A program made the translations under genes and the position numbers. From Cheilinus undulatus (Eukaryota), in contig NC_054885.1 of the NCBI RefSeq assembly GCF_018320785.1, positions 14,917,132-14,981,131 of the forward strand: a DNA stretch of 64,000 nucleotides. The letters are read 5' to 3'. Under the pieces are notes generated by a model. The model ran no database searches, was not told where the DNA came from, and was given only the letters and a program-made list of their open reading frames with translations. Below, piece by piece: positions 14,990 through 28,300 of the stretch. Numbering within the stretch: position 1 is the stretch's first letter; each line of letters begins with the position of its first letter.

Positions 14990-16640
14990 TAGAAGGCCCA
15001 GTGACTGTAACCTTTGGCCTAAGACCTTAAAAATCAAATCATTACATCCTTGAGTCAGAGTGGAGACCCAAATAAAGTTAGAGAAAAATTCCCACAGGTT
15101 TTATGAAGTTAATTCGCAATCAAATAGCTTAACCAGTGAACCTGTGAGCCAGTGATCTTCAACTCTGACTCCTGTTCTCTAAATTAATTCAGCTACCCCT
15201 GAGTTAGAGTGGACCCTTGAGAAATCTGGTTAATAAGTAATGGATGAACAGCAACCTATGACCTTGATGTTTGGCTTGTGTTGCCCTAAATCTAATCACT
15301 TTATATATTCATCAGATGTCATATTCAAAAGAAAAGGATAAACGCGTGATCCAGTGCCCTTGACTTTTAAACTCTGAAATCTAATCTCTTCATTCTTTAG
15401 TTAGAGTGGACATCTGTGCGAAGTTTAAAGAAATTCCCTTTAAGGATTCTTGACGCATTTCATTGGCAAGCAAGAATCAATAAGAGCCAGTGATCTCTAC
15501 GTCTGACCTATGATCTCTAAAATCTCATGACCTTATCCTTGTGTCAAAGTGGATGTTCATAATTTGTTTTTTTAAAAATACTGAATGAACTCCAAAATTA
15601 AAAAAAAAAAAGATCCTTAAGTCTAAGTGGACATTTGGGCAAAGTTGGAAGAAAATTCTTTTAACCCTTTTTTTAACCTAGTGTGTTGCCAGAGTGTCGA
15701 TGCATTTGGGCAAACCCACTTTGCATGATGGTAATTATGGTGGTTGTATTCTGGTTTGTATTATCAGAAAAAATTCAAACAGATTCTGAAGCTGAGAAGG
15801 TGTGCCTCACAGACAACATCTGGTTATTATGGTATTTTCACCTTTTCCCACTAAAAATCCAATAAAAATCCTGTTTTTTGTTGTTTTTTCTTCATTTTAA
15901 ACTGTTAAACCTTTTTATAATATGCAGTTAATTGTCAATAACTGCCTGATATTGAGAGTTCTAAGTATTCTGAAAAAATGGGTAGAAGCATTTACTCACA
16001 GGACATTTTCTTGGCCTTTTATAGTTAAAATAAGAAAAAAAGTCCAGACAGACATTTTGAGGCTTAGGTGTTTAGGGGCCGTCCTTCAAATACCACATTC
16101 ACATAGCATAGGGCCAGTACCCTTGAACTTTGACTTTTAAATTCATATTTTAATCATGTTTGAAGAAAATGTCTCTTAGCAATCTTGAGATATCTTGTTC
16201 ATCAAAGCAGAAAGAGTTCATGATTTTGAGATTTGGCCTTGATTCAGAGAGGATATTCTTGACTTTTTTTTTTAAGAAAATCCCTCAAAGTTTTCTAAAA
16301 AAAATACACTCAAAAGCAAAAGATGATCAGGAAGGCCCATTCCCAAAATCTCATAATTTAATCATTGAGTCAGAGTGGACATTAGGGCAAAGTTTGAAGA
16401 AAATTCTTTGAGATAATGTGTTTAGAAAAAAAGAGAAGAACAAGGGTTAATGTTTGACCGGACATTCATGAAAACAATAAAAGAAATTCCATAAGATGTG
16501 TTCACTAGCAACGGTTGACCATGAAGGTCATTGACCTTCATGACCTTTGACCTCCAAATCTAATCAGTTCATCTCTTAATCAGAGTGGACATTTGAGGAA
16601 AAATAGATTATTCCCACAATTGTTTTTTTTTCATAGCATT
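14990..16640. repeat. About 170 bp satellite-like array, at least 7 units, interrupted between about 15680 and 16300
   Basis: Recurrent core ...aatc(a/t)..tc...t..AGAGTGGACATTTGGGCAAAGTTTGAAGAAAATTCCC at about 15065, 15215, 15405, 15550, 15635, 16370 and 16585. Each is preceded by tgacctttgacct-like motifs. Confidence 0.75.
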
Positions 16641-17127
16641 CATCGTAATGGCCCTATGTAAGGCTGGCTATGGAGCATAGAGTTCTAAAAATTGAAATAA
16701 TAACCAGGGTTTTATTTCCTCTTCCACTCAGACAGCCTGAATTCACCTCTGCATATGACATCAGAGCAGGCTAAAGGCTGAAGACATCCCCATGAGATAG
16801 CATGCGGTGTGGCTGTAATCAGAGTGAAGTCCATTCAGACAGAACTGAACTATTAAAGGTGTTACATTTCAGCTCCAGGCTCCTTAATTTGCTGCGCTGC
16901 TTGTAAGACATTAACACAATGTCCACGCTCTGGAACATGGTCCTGGTCTTCCTCCTGTTAGCCTGAAGCAGTCGAGCATAACTGTCCAGTCTTTAGTTTC
17001 TTCTGGTTAATTAACCGGTCAGAACCAGTCAAAGCAGGAATCTTACACTGATGAAGATGAAGGTTCATTTGTGAAGCTTAGTCTTCCCCCGTTCTCCTCA
17101 CTGCCAAGTGTGAATCACTGAGCCCAC

Positions 17128-17150
17128 AGTGTGTGTGTGCGTGTGTGTGT
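17128..17150. repeat. (GT)n microsatellite
   Basis: gtgtgtgtgcgtgtgtgtgt. Confidence 0.9.
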
Positions 17151-18394
17151 AAACCTGGCTCAGTGTGATTCATTATTAATTCCTGTGTTATCAGGATGAT
17201 TTACAAGGTCTAATTAATTTATGGTCCAACATCATAATAATTAAAAAGAAATACAACACACAAATAAATGGAAAAATATTGGGAAAATGGTTGTGTAAGA
17301 TATTTTTATATTTGACATAAACTATATAAAATATAATGTCAACTATAGTGCCTCTAATGGACTTTAGGAGGCTTTATAAAATATATACTGTTTGCAGACT
17401 ACATAATGATGAAAAATGTAAGTTTAAAATAAGGCGTAATTCAATATTAGCGACACAAATTTAGAAATATCAGATGCATTGGAAAGGCTTTAAGTCAAAC
17501 ACTTTGTGAAAACTTTTGAAAACACTGCAGGGCTCCAAAAATACAGATTATTTATTGCACTCTAGCATATATATATCTAAATAGTAATGCATTTCACACA
17601 CTGACACAGGAAATTTAGATACCGATGTCTTAAATTCCCATTTGTTCAATTGCAATTGGTGTCCAACAGGTTGCATCTTCCACCCAGAGAGACGGTGATT
17701 CTGAGGTACAGAGAACGTCACAGTATGAAAGAGGTTAAAGTTAGCTTTCAAAGTTAGCCTGTTGAAAGCTAACGGATTTGCTTCGTAAGCTTCCAGGCAA
17801 TGATAATGCCACACATCATCACAGCCAATCATTACGTGCTGCATCATCAGAGGTCGAAGGCTCAGAACAGACCTGTCAGCCCAGACACATCTGGTTTCTG
17901 CACCGTCACCTTTTCCCCTTTTTAATTATTTGACACCAGGAAACTAAAATACTTCCATAAATCAAATTTAGAAGTCACTCGGTTCTCCTTCATCACTCGT
18001 AGCATCTGCTATTTTCATGCTATCAGATCAAGCCAGTGAGGATGATGGGTACGCAAGTGCTCACGGTAACTGTGGTTCACACTTCCCTTCGCTCTGCTCC
18101 ACTACAATAATACCACACTTTTGCCCTGAAGACCTATCATTGAAATGTAACATGTCCATGATGTTATTTTGATGCTTCTGTCACTGTGATACTGCAATAT
18201 AAACACTACCATTACATCTCTACTAGAAATACATTGTGTATGTCTTAACTTTTGACAGCGTCTCATATCTTAAAACAGTGTATCAGCAACCAGCAGAGTT
18301 TGTAGTCCCAGACTACAGGTCTTCACACACTGGGTCTGTTATTTTCATATGCAAAAAAAAACATAATGCACTTAAACACTGCACACTGCATCCA

Positions 18395-18990
18395 TTGTGT
18401 TTTTATTTTCCTTTCACTGGAAAAATTTGTAGCCTTGCAAAGCAGATGGATACGCCCATTTCCTTGTTTTTCACTGGCGAATCCATCTTGCAAAGCTCCC
18501 ATCTGAACTGTTTGGGCCTGGTTAGAAAGTGACAGGACCAATCAGCGACGAGAGGCAGTACTTTCAGGCGCAGCAAAGTCGAGACGTACACAAGCAGCAG
18601 CAAGAGCTGGTGCAGTTATGGAGGCAGACATTAGCATGGATGCTGCTAAGCGCCAGTTTTATCAGAACTTGACAACATTTCTTTGTTAAAAGAAGAACAA
18701 AGAACAGCAGTGAGTTGTTTTCTTTTCAAAAACAACAAAAGTCAAGTACCTACATGTCTATAGTCGCCATGTTTCGCATTATTCATCAGTAGCTGACACG
18801 CAGCTTGATAGCATCTGCTTCACATGTTTTGTTGCTCTGATTGGCCCGTAGAGATGTGACAGACAGAACATTCACCCAATCATACTCTGAGTTTTTTTCA
18901 AAGCCTCTGCCTTTTCTCAGACATTTCCTACTGAAGCTTTCCCAGATGGATGTGTGAAACACATCCATCTGGCATGTCAGGTTAGAAAAT
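18395..18990 (-). repeat. Interspersed repeat family R, about 550 bp, minus orientation, probable non-autonomous element
   Basis: About 85% identity to 19375-19900 and 63360-63910 in reverse complement. It ends in the palindromic terminus CCAGATGGATGTGTGAAACACATCCATCTGGCATGTCAGGTTAG. Confidence 0.8.
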
Positions 18991-19374
18991 TTGTAGAATA
19001 TGGCAAATTACTGTGGCTGTGTCACTCCTTTAGAACCACTCTGACAGAGGGCTCCATACAGCACATGCTCATGCCTCATAGCATTGTGCTAAATTGGAAG
19101 ATGGAGAACAACTTTTGAAGTCAGTCTAAGTTTGCTGCAAACGTATGCCTTAATCTGTTACATTTCCATGGTTGATCTCCACATAGTACATGGGCAAATT
19201 ACAGTGTTTAAAGTGAGGGTTCAGTGCAAGGGAGGGAGAGAGAGAGAGGGAAGGGGTGAGTGAGCGAGAAGGGAGAAGCAGGCGCTGATCTGAATCAACA
19301 ATCACCTGTTTAAATGACTTTAACTGGTGCAAAATTCACATAAAAATCAAGCCTGCTCCGAAGAAAATAATGAA

Positions 19375-19900
19375 GGGCGAAAGTTTCAGCATCAGTGTGA
19401 CAACTAACCTGACACGTCAGATGAATTTGTTTCACACATCAATCTGGAAAACCTCTCATACACAATGTTTGGGAAAGGGCAGAGCCTTTAAAAAAACTCG
19501 GAGGGTGATTGGATGAACGTTCCCTGTGTCACATCTTTACAGGCCAATCAGAGCAACAAAACACGTGACAATTAGACTCTTGCCAAATCCGGTCAGGAGA
19601 AGGGCAAAAACATAGTTCCCGCAAAAATAAAGAACTCAGTGTTGTTCTTTGTTGTTCTTTTAAGGAAGAAATGTTGTCAAGTTCTGATAAGACTGACGCT
19701 TCAACAGCATCCACACTGATCTCTTCCGCCATAATTGCACCGGCCTCTTGTCAGTGCTTGCTTACATCACGACCCTGCTGCACCTGGAAGTACTGCCTCT
19801 TACTCCTGATTGGCCCTGTCACTTTCTTACAGGGCCCAATCTGTTCAGATGGGAGCTTTGCAAGACGGATTCGCCAGTGAGAAACACGGAAACAGGCAAA
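19375..19900 (+). repeat. Interspersed repeat family R, plus orientation, inverted relative to 18395-18990
   Basis: Starts AACCTGACACGTCAGATGAATTTGTTTCACACATCAATCTGG. Contains GGCCAATCAGAGCAACAAAACACGTGAC and ...CTGATTGGCCCTGTCACTTTCTTACAGGGCCCAAT.TGTTCAGATGGGAGCTTTGCAAGA. Confidence 0.8.
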
Positions 19901-20240
19901 TCAATGGGTGTAGCACAGGGGGAAAAGGGTACTGATCAACTGGGCCTACAGCAGGGAGGGGCCCTTCAGGAGCCTGCAATGAAAAGTGTGTTTTTATATA
20001 TTTTTTTCCTAGTAATTGGTGTCATTATTGAATCAATGCATATAATACAATGGTATAATGCAAGTAGATTTATTATAAACATAGTAAAAAACAGTGCTCA
20101 AAAATGGGTTCAAAAATACATTAAAATGCATAGATATTTGTAAAAATGACACAAAATTTGTTGCTTAGGGGGGCCCTGTGTAATATTCATTCTCAATTCA
20201 TTCATTCTAATATTCAAATCCCTAGTTACGCCCCTGGGCG
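19900..20240 (+). repeat. Interspersed repeat family S, copy 1
   Basis: GTAGCACAGGGGGAAAAGGGTACTGAT...GGGAGGGGCCCTTCAGGAGCCTGCAATGAAAAGTGTGTTTTTATA...TAGTAATTGGTGTCATTATTGAATCAA... This is shared with 47050-47490. Confidence 0.75.
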
Positions 20241-21124
20241 AATCCTTCTGCTTTTGCAAATGTGTTTTGATACACATGAGCTCGATATGTGAAAAATTCA
20301 GATGAAAAAATAAGTTAAAACAAATTTTAACTTGATTTCTTCTTTGCTTTTTTAGTTTAAAAGTTGGAGCCACATTCTTGCTCTCTTCGCAGAGCCACTA
20401 GTTTCCTTCCTTTTCCACAGTCTAGGTGAACTGCATGTCCATTTGCCTGTCTGCCATGTTTAGCAGTTTGCAGCTTCCTGTTCAGTGTGGGTATGACCAA
20501 CTTATTGGTTTTTAACAAATGCTATGTCTCTGAACATCACAATTTATATAATACAACACTTCAACAATATAAAACATATTTTATCATAATGCTATTATTT
20601 ATAGATGTATTGTATGTTATCCACATTGAATTCACTTCAGTGTTAACAGAGCATATATTAAGAGAGTTAAGAGTACTATGAGACTATTGGCACAACATGT
20701 ACAACCTCAAACATAATTAAAATTTTGATTGATGTATGCACAAATAAGTTTGCAGGCCTGTTGTGATTCCACTGGGCATCTCTGTATTGTCTGTCAGATG
20801 AACAAAGCTTCTTCTCAGGATGCAGGATATGAGATGAGTCAGACAATACTCTCTGTGCTCTTCTGTGAGTCCAGACTGCTCACACAGACCCTGCCATACT
20901 GACATCCACAACAATATATGACTCATCTTAAAGACCAGTAAGCATGTATTCAAACCAAAGGGGAAGCAAGTTTGATCTGATTGAATTCAAAGTTAATGCA
21001 AAGTTGCACATGACTAACAGAGTTAGATCAGAGATGGTTCCAGAGTTCCTGGAGAATGGGGTGAAATGAACCAAGCTTTGTGCACCTCTGGATCATGTTT
21101 TGAACTTTAACACTTACCTTCTAA

Positions 21125-21505
<381 letters not shown>

Positions 21506-22018
21506 TAGATGGATGCTGCTCTGCTTCTCCTGCACAGAATGAGTCCTACTTTGATGGCTTCCATCTCAATACCATCTCTCAAATCTTTCATCTCCCCTGC
21601 TGATGAGTGAGGCTGGTCATGTAGTGTTCAACATTTCAAATGAGTAGTTCAGATAATGAGCAAAAAAAAAAATATCTCAAAATTTAAAGTAGAAGTCAGA
21701 GATTGGCATATCAGCATATGGGCATGTTGAAAAATAGTGACAAAAACACAAAGACTTTCTGTGTAAAACAATAAAATGCTTCAAAAGTTTTCAATAGTGT
21801 GTACATTTGAGCAAACATTGTTTTGTGGCCCATTTTAACCAAAAACCCTTTAAATTCTGCAGAGAAACTGTACCCATCTGTTTCACTGAATTGCCTAGCT
21901 TTCTGGCCGGTACAACCAGCCTTCTTAAAGGAGCAATGCTCACTAAAATCACTGGCAACTACAGCCCAAATACAGCTCAACTTAAAAAAACAGAAATATC
22001 CTTTTAAACATGAACATT

Positions 22019-22198
22019 TGGCGCGCCGGTAGTCGAGTGATTAGGGTGCGCCATGTACGCAGGTGACCTGGGTTCGAATCCGACCCGTGGCACTATTTTC
22101 TGCATGTCTCTCCCTGCTCTCTTCCCTGTTTCCGACTCTATCCACTGTCCTATCAAATAAAGGCAAAAAGGCTAAAAATAAATCTTTAAAAAAAAAAC
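22019..22198 (+). mobile_element. tRNA-derived SINE (family A), copy 2
   Basis: GGCGCGCCGGTAGTCGAGTGATTAGGGTGCGCCATGTACGCAGGTGACCTGGGTTCGAATCCGACC... plus the same body and A-tail. Confidence 0.85.
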
Positions 22199-22494
22199 AT
22201 AAACACTAAACAAAGTTTCAAGTATAGATGTCGCTAGACTTAGTTTGCCAGTGTTGTGAACAACGCAGTATGACAACTCCTTAAATCCTCTGATGCCATG
22301 CTTTGCAAATAAAATGGATGAGTGAATGGCTCTGGGGAAAGAAAGCAAGACCTTTTTTGGTGTTGTTTGCTGTAGCTCTAAGCTCCTGCTTCAGACACCA
22401 CTGTCACCTCCCAATAAATCAGACAAGACACAGCAGTGTTTTTAACGCTGGACCTCAAAGACCTGTTCTCAGCTTTAACCCTGAGTGTGTTTGA

Positions 22495-22632
<138 letters not shown>

Positions 22633-24849
22633 TAATCTCCGCCTGTAAAAAGGAAAACAAAGCTGTGTAAAACTGCCACTCCCATGTGACATTTTTGTTA
22701 AATTCTCATTGATAATAATTTCAGGTTTGTGGTGAACATCTGAGTAAATAATCACAAGATAAACTGACTGGATAATTTTCTGAGTCAGCTGTGAGAAAAG
22801 GCTTACTCTGTAAATATGAATGAATCCAGCATATGCCCACAAAGCTGTTCTCTGAGGACTTGTGTGTTTAATGCATTTTTATCACTTTTGCCATCTGTAT
22901 CACTGAGTAGCTCTTGTTTTTAAACATGGAAACAAAGAGCCCTCCTGGAAGCTGTTAATTTACATCAAAAAGCTTTTTGATTTCAGCAGAGTTTGGTTCA
23001 ATCTGTGTGTCCTAGAGATAGAGACTAACCAGGATTTAACACAAATGGAGTTTAATAAAGCAATCAAAATACAGCTGAAGGCTCAAAGCCAGGAAAACTC
23101 ATAAAGCCATTTTGCTTTCCCTTCTTCCTATTGATTCACTATGTTTATACGCGACTATTAAATTCAAATTATTGTGTCAGGCAGACAAGAAAAGCTTTAA
23201 AATGTTTATATGCTGTTCATGTTCATGATGCTCGTGAGCTGAGAGGCTACTGCTGCATATTGTTAATGGTCAATAAAATTGATGTCAAGACCAGTTGGGA
23301 GACGTGCATAAACATTTTCTCTGCAAGACAAGCTTTCGGTGTGGCTCTTTGCTCTTGTTTTTAAAAGAAATGTGGTCCACTTCCAATTAAACTGCTGCTT
23401 TTCTACAGCTACAACTGAGCTAACAGCTACCGCTTCAGCAGCCATTGGATACACCGGCAAACCCCACCCGTAATGATTGCAAACCTGTGATGAGGCAGAC
23501 CAGAAGAGTAGCAAAAACATATCTTCTGTCATGAAACGCTTTGAGTGTGGCTCTCTAACCTTGTCCAGTTCTGTCAAAACTGCCGCTGTGGCTACGTCTG
23601 AGCTAAACACTCTACTAGCGGCCATTGTACACAACCGCTCACACAACAACTAACCATTCCTCCCATAACTCTTACAAACCCATGCCAAAGCAGGTCAGCA
23701 GAAAAGCAAAAACATCTTCGACATCAAGAAAAGCTCTTGGTGTTGTTTTTATTCTTTATTTCATACAGAAAGATGATCCAGTTCTCGTTAAACTATCCTA
23801 AAGCTACTTCTGCATGTAGGCAGCCATGGTAAACTGCTTTGAATACAGCTCTGCCCTGCCTGTCGCTACCGCTGATTGTTCCAAACAGAGTTCAGTTCAA
23901 CATTAATTTTGTGGATTGGAGCTTTTCAAGATGGATTTGCCTGATGACAGACATGGGGTCTGGCAAATCCATGCTTTGCACGGTTAGAGTTCTGCCTCCT
24001 TTAATGTTAACAAAGAAGTTATTAACATTGAAATCAACATAAAAAGTCACACATTTTTCTCAGACTTGTTTTTGGTTAGGATAGTTTTTGCTGTGCTGAT
24101 TAACACCAGAGTTTTTATTTTTACTTATAAGTATATTTTCGATTCATTATATGGCACAAAAATAGGGAAAAATGCCATGATTAACCATCTATTGACAAAT
24201 GCTGCAGCTATGTCTGCCTCAGATGAGCACAGTCCTTGTCAACAGTGAGCCCAATCTTCTGTAAAAAGCATTACTGTAGATGTCATCCAACATACTGTGA
24301 AATCTGGTGAATGAGACTAAGTTTTAAAATGTTGAGACATGCCAGCGTTACCACAAGTATGTGTAGCTGCCGCTGTCACAATTAATGCAATTGAAAATTC
24401 ACCCAATTCTTTTATGTTTTTCCAGTGGTAGTTTCACTGCTCAGAACAACTCCAGACTGGTGGGAGTTGGTGCCACTCTTTGACCGCTTTTCTCCTTCGA
24501 CGAATAATAATCCTGCATTTAAAAGAAAACTGGGGGTTTACTGCCAAGTAAACAGTTGTGGAGTGCCTGTTTGATTGAAAACATTTCTCAAGTTAACAGC
24601 AAAAAGTAACAGATGGAGGGCAGAGCAAGAGATAGATGTGGGCTGTAAATCTGTCTCAAAACAATCACCGCTGAGGCTGAGAGGTCAGGACAGGCTAAGA
24701 GCTCAACAACCATGTTATAGCTGACAGATGAGCAAACAGATGGTACTGAAAGAGCAGCAAAGCTGCACAAAAACTGCTTTCCTCGGACTTGCTAAGCAAA
24801 GCAGAACTTATTACACAAGAGGACTGTGTAAACGTGTTGCTTCTGTACT

Positions 24850-25245
24850 GGCTTATATCTGGGGGCGGCTTATATTCCAGATTTTACTGTAGTTGCTCTA
24901 GCAGTCTGGTTTGCAAAGCCATTAACACTGGTGATCTTCAGATGTTGTTCTGGCTTCTTTTGAGACCTCTCAGATGAGTTGATACCCTGTTTGGATTTTT
25001 TGGTAGGCCAGCCACTCCTCAGAAGCTTTGTCACTGTTCCGAGTTTTCTCCATTTGTGGATAATGGCTCTCAACACGGTTTGTTTGAATCCCAAAGCCTC
25101 AGAAATGGCTTTGTAACCCTTTCCAGGCTGATAAATGTCAGTGATTTTATTTCTCATCTGTTCTTGAATATCTTTAGATCATCCTTACTTATCTGCAGGT
25201 TTACCTAACAATGAGTCTGACTGTGGTAACCTCTCATTTCTTGTT
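24850..25245 (-). mobile_element. Tc1-like transposon, 5' fragment (N-terminal transposase region plus part of the inverted repeat)
   Basis: Minus-strand ORF ...PGKGYKAISEALGFKQTVLRAIIHKWRKLGTVTKLLRSGWPTK is a Tc1 paired-like DNA-binding domain. It is homologous to the fragment at 57840-58330. The + strand shares ttctccatttgtggataatggctctca. Confidence 0.7.
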
Positions 25246-25248
25246 TAG

Positions 25249-25385
25249 GTGGCGTGTGTCTGAGCTGTCACTCTCAGGGCGACGCCCTCCGTCACTGGAT
25301 GGACTGCCTGAAGAACCAAGGCAGGAGGGTGGAGCGGTGGCACATCCTGACTAACGAGCTCCCACAAACCCTCAGCCACGACTAA
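25249..25385 (+). CDS. Doc2-family protein, terminal coding exon (end of C2B, includes stop TAA)
   Basis: Acceptor ttgtttag|GT. Translation: (G)GVCLSCHSQGDALRHWMDCLKNQGRRVERWHILTNELPQTLSHD*, against Doc2 [45 protein letters not shown]. Stop codon at 25383-25385. Confidence 0.8.
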
Positions 25386-28300
25386 AAAACCTGCACAGCA
25401 TCCTGCAGGCGGTCACTGTCAGGTAACAAGCAGTTCAGCAGAGATCCTCTGTTTTCTTTGAGGGACGGACTTGAGCAACTTCACCACAGGAATGAAAGCA
25501 AAGTGTATTATAGTGAGAGCCAACGTGATGAGTGGAGAGTAAGGTGGAGCTGGAGCAGCATGGCTTTGTGCCTTCATTATTGATCGGTGAGTCATCCAGA
25601 AGAAAAACCTTTTGGCTCCATCAACACCATCAATATCTCACCTCATTCACACATCACAGGGTCAGTGACACACTGCACTGATGAGAGATGAAACTCAGAG
25701 ATTAAAATCAAACCACAGCTGCAGACGCCACATTTGTACTTTTAGTCAGATTGAGATAAAACTGCATGTTTTTTCTATGACATAACTGTTTTGTAACTCA
25801 TATCATTCCCTCTCTTAAGAAGATAAATCCATCCCAAACAGAGATTTATTTCATGTGTGTAGGCCTCCTAGGACCGTTTTCCCCTTAAACAGAGATGGGA
25901 TCTCATTTTTTACAGTTTATTCCCAGTTGATTGTGACAAGCAACGTCATAGTTCTCTGGATGTTCTGATATGTAACTCTTCTCTTATCCTGTTTTGGTCA
26001 CCTCTGAGTCCAGTAACAAGTCAGATCATAACAGTTATGTTAACTTCTTATGAGTAGTCTGGATCAGATCTGGGACTGGAAAGAAAAAATGGTTGGGAAA
26101 CACTGGTTTAGTGGAAGAAAACCCTGCTTATTTATCAATATAATCCCACCATTAATGGTCATCCAGGTCTGGACAGTTTTCTCCCATGTAGGTAGACTTG
26201 ATCTTGACTAGATTCTAGATTTTGGATCGCGGCTTTTCCTTTGATGGTGGTGACCAGCATTTTGGCACTCTCAGCAGTTAACCAGCCCAAGACCTCTTCT
26301 TCCTTCCATTCATCGTTGATACCAAGCAACCAAAGACAGTCAAGTCTAGAAACAGGATCTTGAAGAAGTTGTTATCTGAATTAATTTGCAGATACTTATT
26401 GCAAGAAATAACAATAAGCTAAATAGTCATCAGTGCATAGCAGCTGGGTTTAAAAACTGTTTCTCTCTTTCTACACAAACTCTTAAACAGCATACAACCA
26501 GATCTCTGTCGAACATATTGGTGAATCTGGGACTTCAAAGGGAGTCGTAACACTTCTGACACCAAAGACATCACTACTAATTAAAGTCTAATCTAGTCTT
26601 TATCTTGCAGGAGGATTTGCTGGGTTTGTGCAGAATGGAACTCCATTCTTCATCACTGAAAGACCCAGTGTAGTCTAGATTAGAATATTATGGCTCCTTT
26701 ACCATCACCAATGACAGCAAATATTTTAATTTGGATATCAGGTTTTACAGTGTTCCAAAAGGTTTGGCTTTTTAAGGTAAATTTCAAACTTATTGTCTAA
26801 TTTTGAAGAGCATAATGCTGATTTTTTATTGCTCCTTTAACGTAGTGAAAGGTTTAAGTGGAGCTCCTTCATACATATCATGAACGTCATAATCCACAGG
26901 GAGCTTTGGATTAAGCCATAGCCATGTTGAAGGGTAAGTACAATCTGATTTATCAGCTCATTTAATTCAAATCCAACACAAATAATGTAAAGCGTTTTAA
27001 CCTTTTCAGGAAGAAAAGGGCAGAGACCTTTGTCTCTGGGTAAAGTGCCAAAATAGAGCTCACAATTAAAATTCACTTTGAGTGCCCTCAAAGAATTAAA
27101 GAAATGAGAGAAAATCTAAGGTTTTATCATTTAATTTCAGCACAGATTTGGATGTTAATAGTGTTTTGTCCCAAAAAAAGGATTAATTAGGTTCACAAAG
27201 ATTATTAGGCATGAAAATTTTTATGAGGACAATCCAAACTGCTGATAGAACAGGTAAAAATGTGGAGTTCTTGTTGAAATAATTACAATTTTTCAAAGGT
27301 AGAGGCCTAGCATGACACTGGTGAAAAGGATAAAGGAGCTGTCACTTAATTTATATATCATATATACAAAGAATGGACCAGACATAAAAAGTTTCAGACC
27401 TACATTTTCCTGAGTCAACCTTTGATTGTGCACATGTAGGGTTTTCAATGTCTACTTCATTGTCTAATGTGTAGAGTTAACTCTACAAACATTACTACAG
27501 GTGTTCCAGTTTTACATGCCAGTATTCTGTCTTTTTACTGGACTTGGACTGGAGTTCAGGAGTTCAGGACTGGGTCAAGAATGGTGACTCTGATAGTTAT
27601 AAAAAGGTTTTGGGAATAACTTAAAAAATGCATATTTTTTATTTTCCACACAAATGTAGTTTTTTCTTTGTTGTTTAGGGAGTTTTGAATCAGTTTCACT
27701 AAATATTAGATCAGCTGGCAAAGATTTATTCACAGTTGTATTAGCTTTTCTGCACATGCAAGAGTTCACTGTAATTTTATGAAATTTTTGATAAGTACTC
27801 CTACTTTTCATGTTCTGGTACAACACAAAGTCTTTACTACAGTACTTTGCAAAAGTTTTAGGCATGTAGAGCGCTAACGGCTCTTCACAGGTCCTGATGT
27901 TCCATAACCCCGAGCTGAAGAGAGGAGGGAGGGCGGCCAGAGTCAGTATCGACACATTTGACATGTACGTGTGTCGCTCAGCAGCCAAGGTCGAGCTTAA
28001 AAGCATTTCTTTTGTCCGGGCCTTTGCACTCCTGGTAATACGCCCAGCAACCACCAACAGTGTTCAGGTGCTCAGAACATACACACGACAACCAGATGGT
28101 TGTGGCAACCCTCCTAACAGTACCCTAGGCTATGTTTAAGTACCACATCTACCCATAACTCTGCCCTAAAGCTGTGGTTTTTGTTTTGTTTTCATCAGAT
28201 TATTTTCCCATGCCCTTAGTAATGTACAAAGACATCCAGAGCATGACCTGGGTTGTGTCAATCCTCCTTCCCGCCCAATGAGGCCCTCAGGTGGGCGTAC

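Noticed and set aside
19748-20143. 131 aa ORF, with related ORFs at 18403-18603 and 63747-63938
   Set aside because: Treated as a by-product of DNA-level conservation of repeat family R, not as a gene. It is noted in the findings as testable by dN/dS.
27575-28057. 160 aa minus-strand ORF
   Set aside because: No similarity to anything I recognise and no splice or start context. It sits in the 3'-flanking intergenic region in AT-rich sequence.
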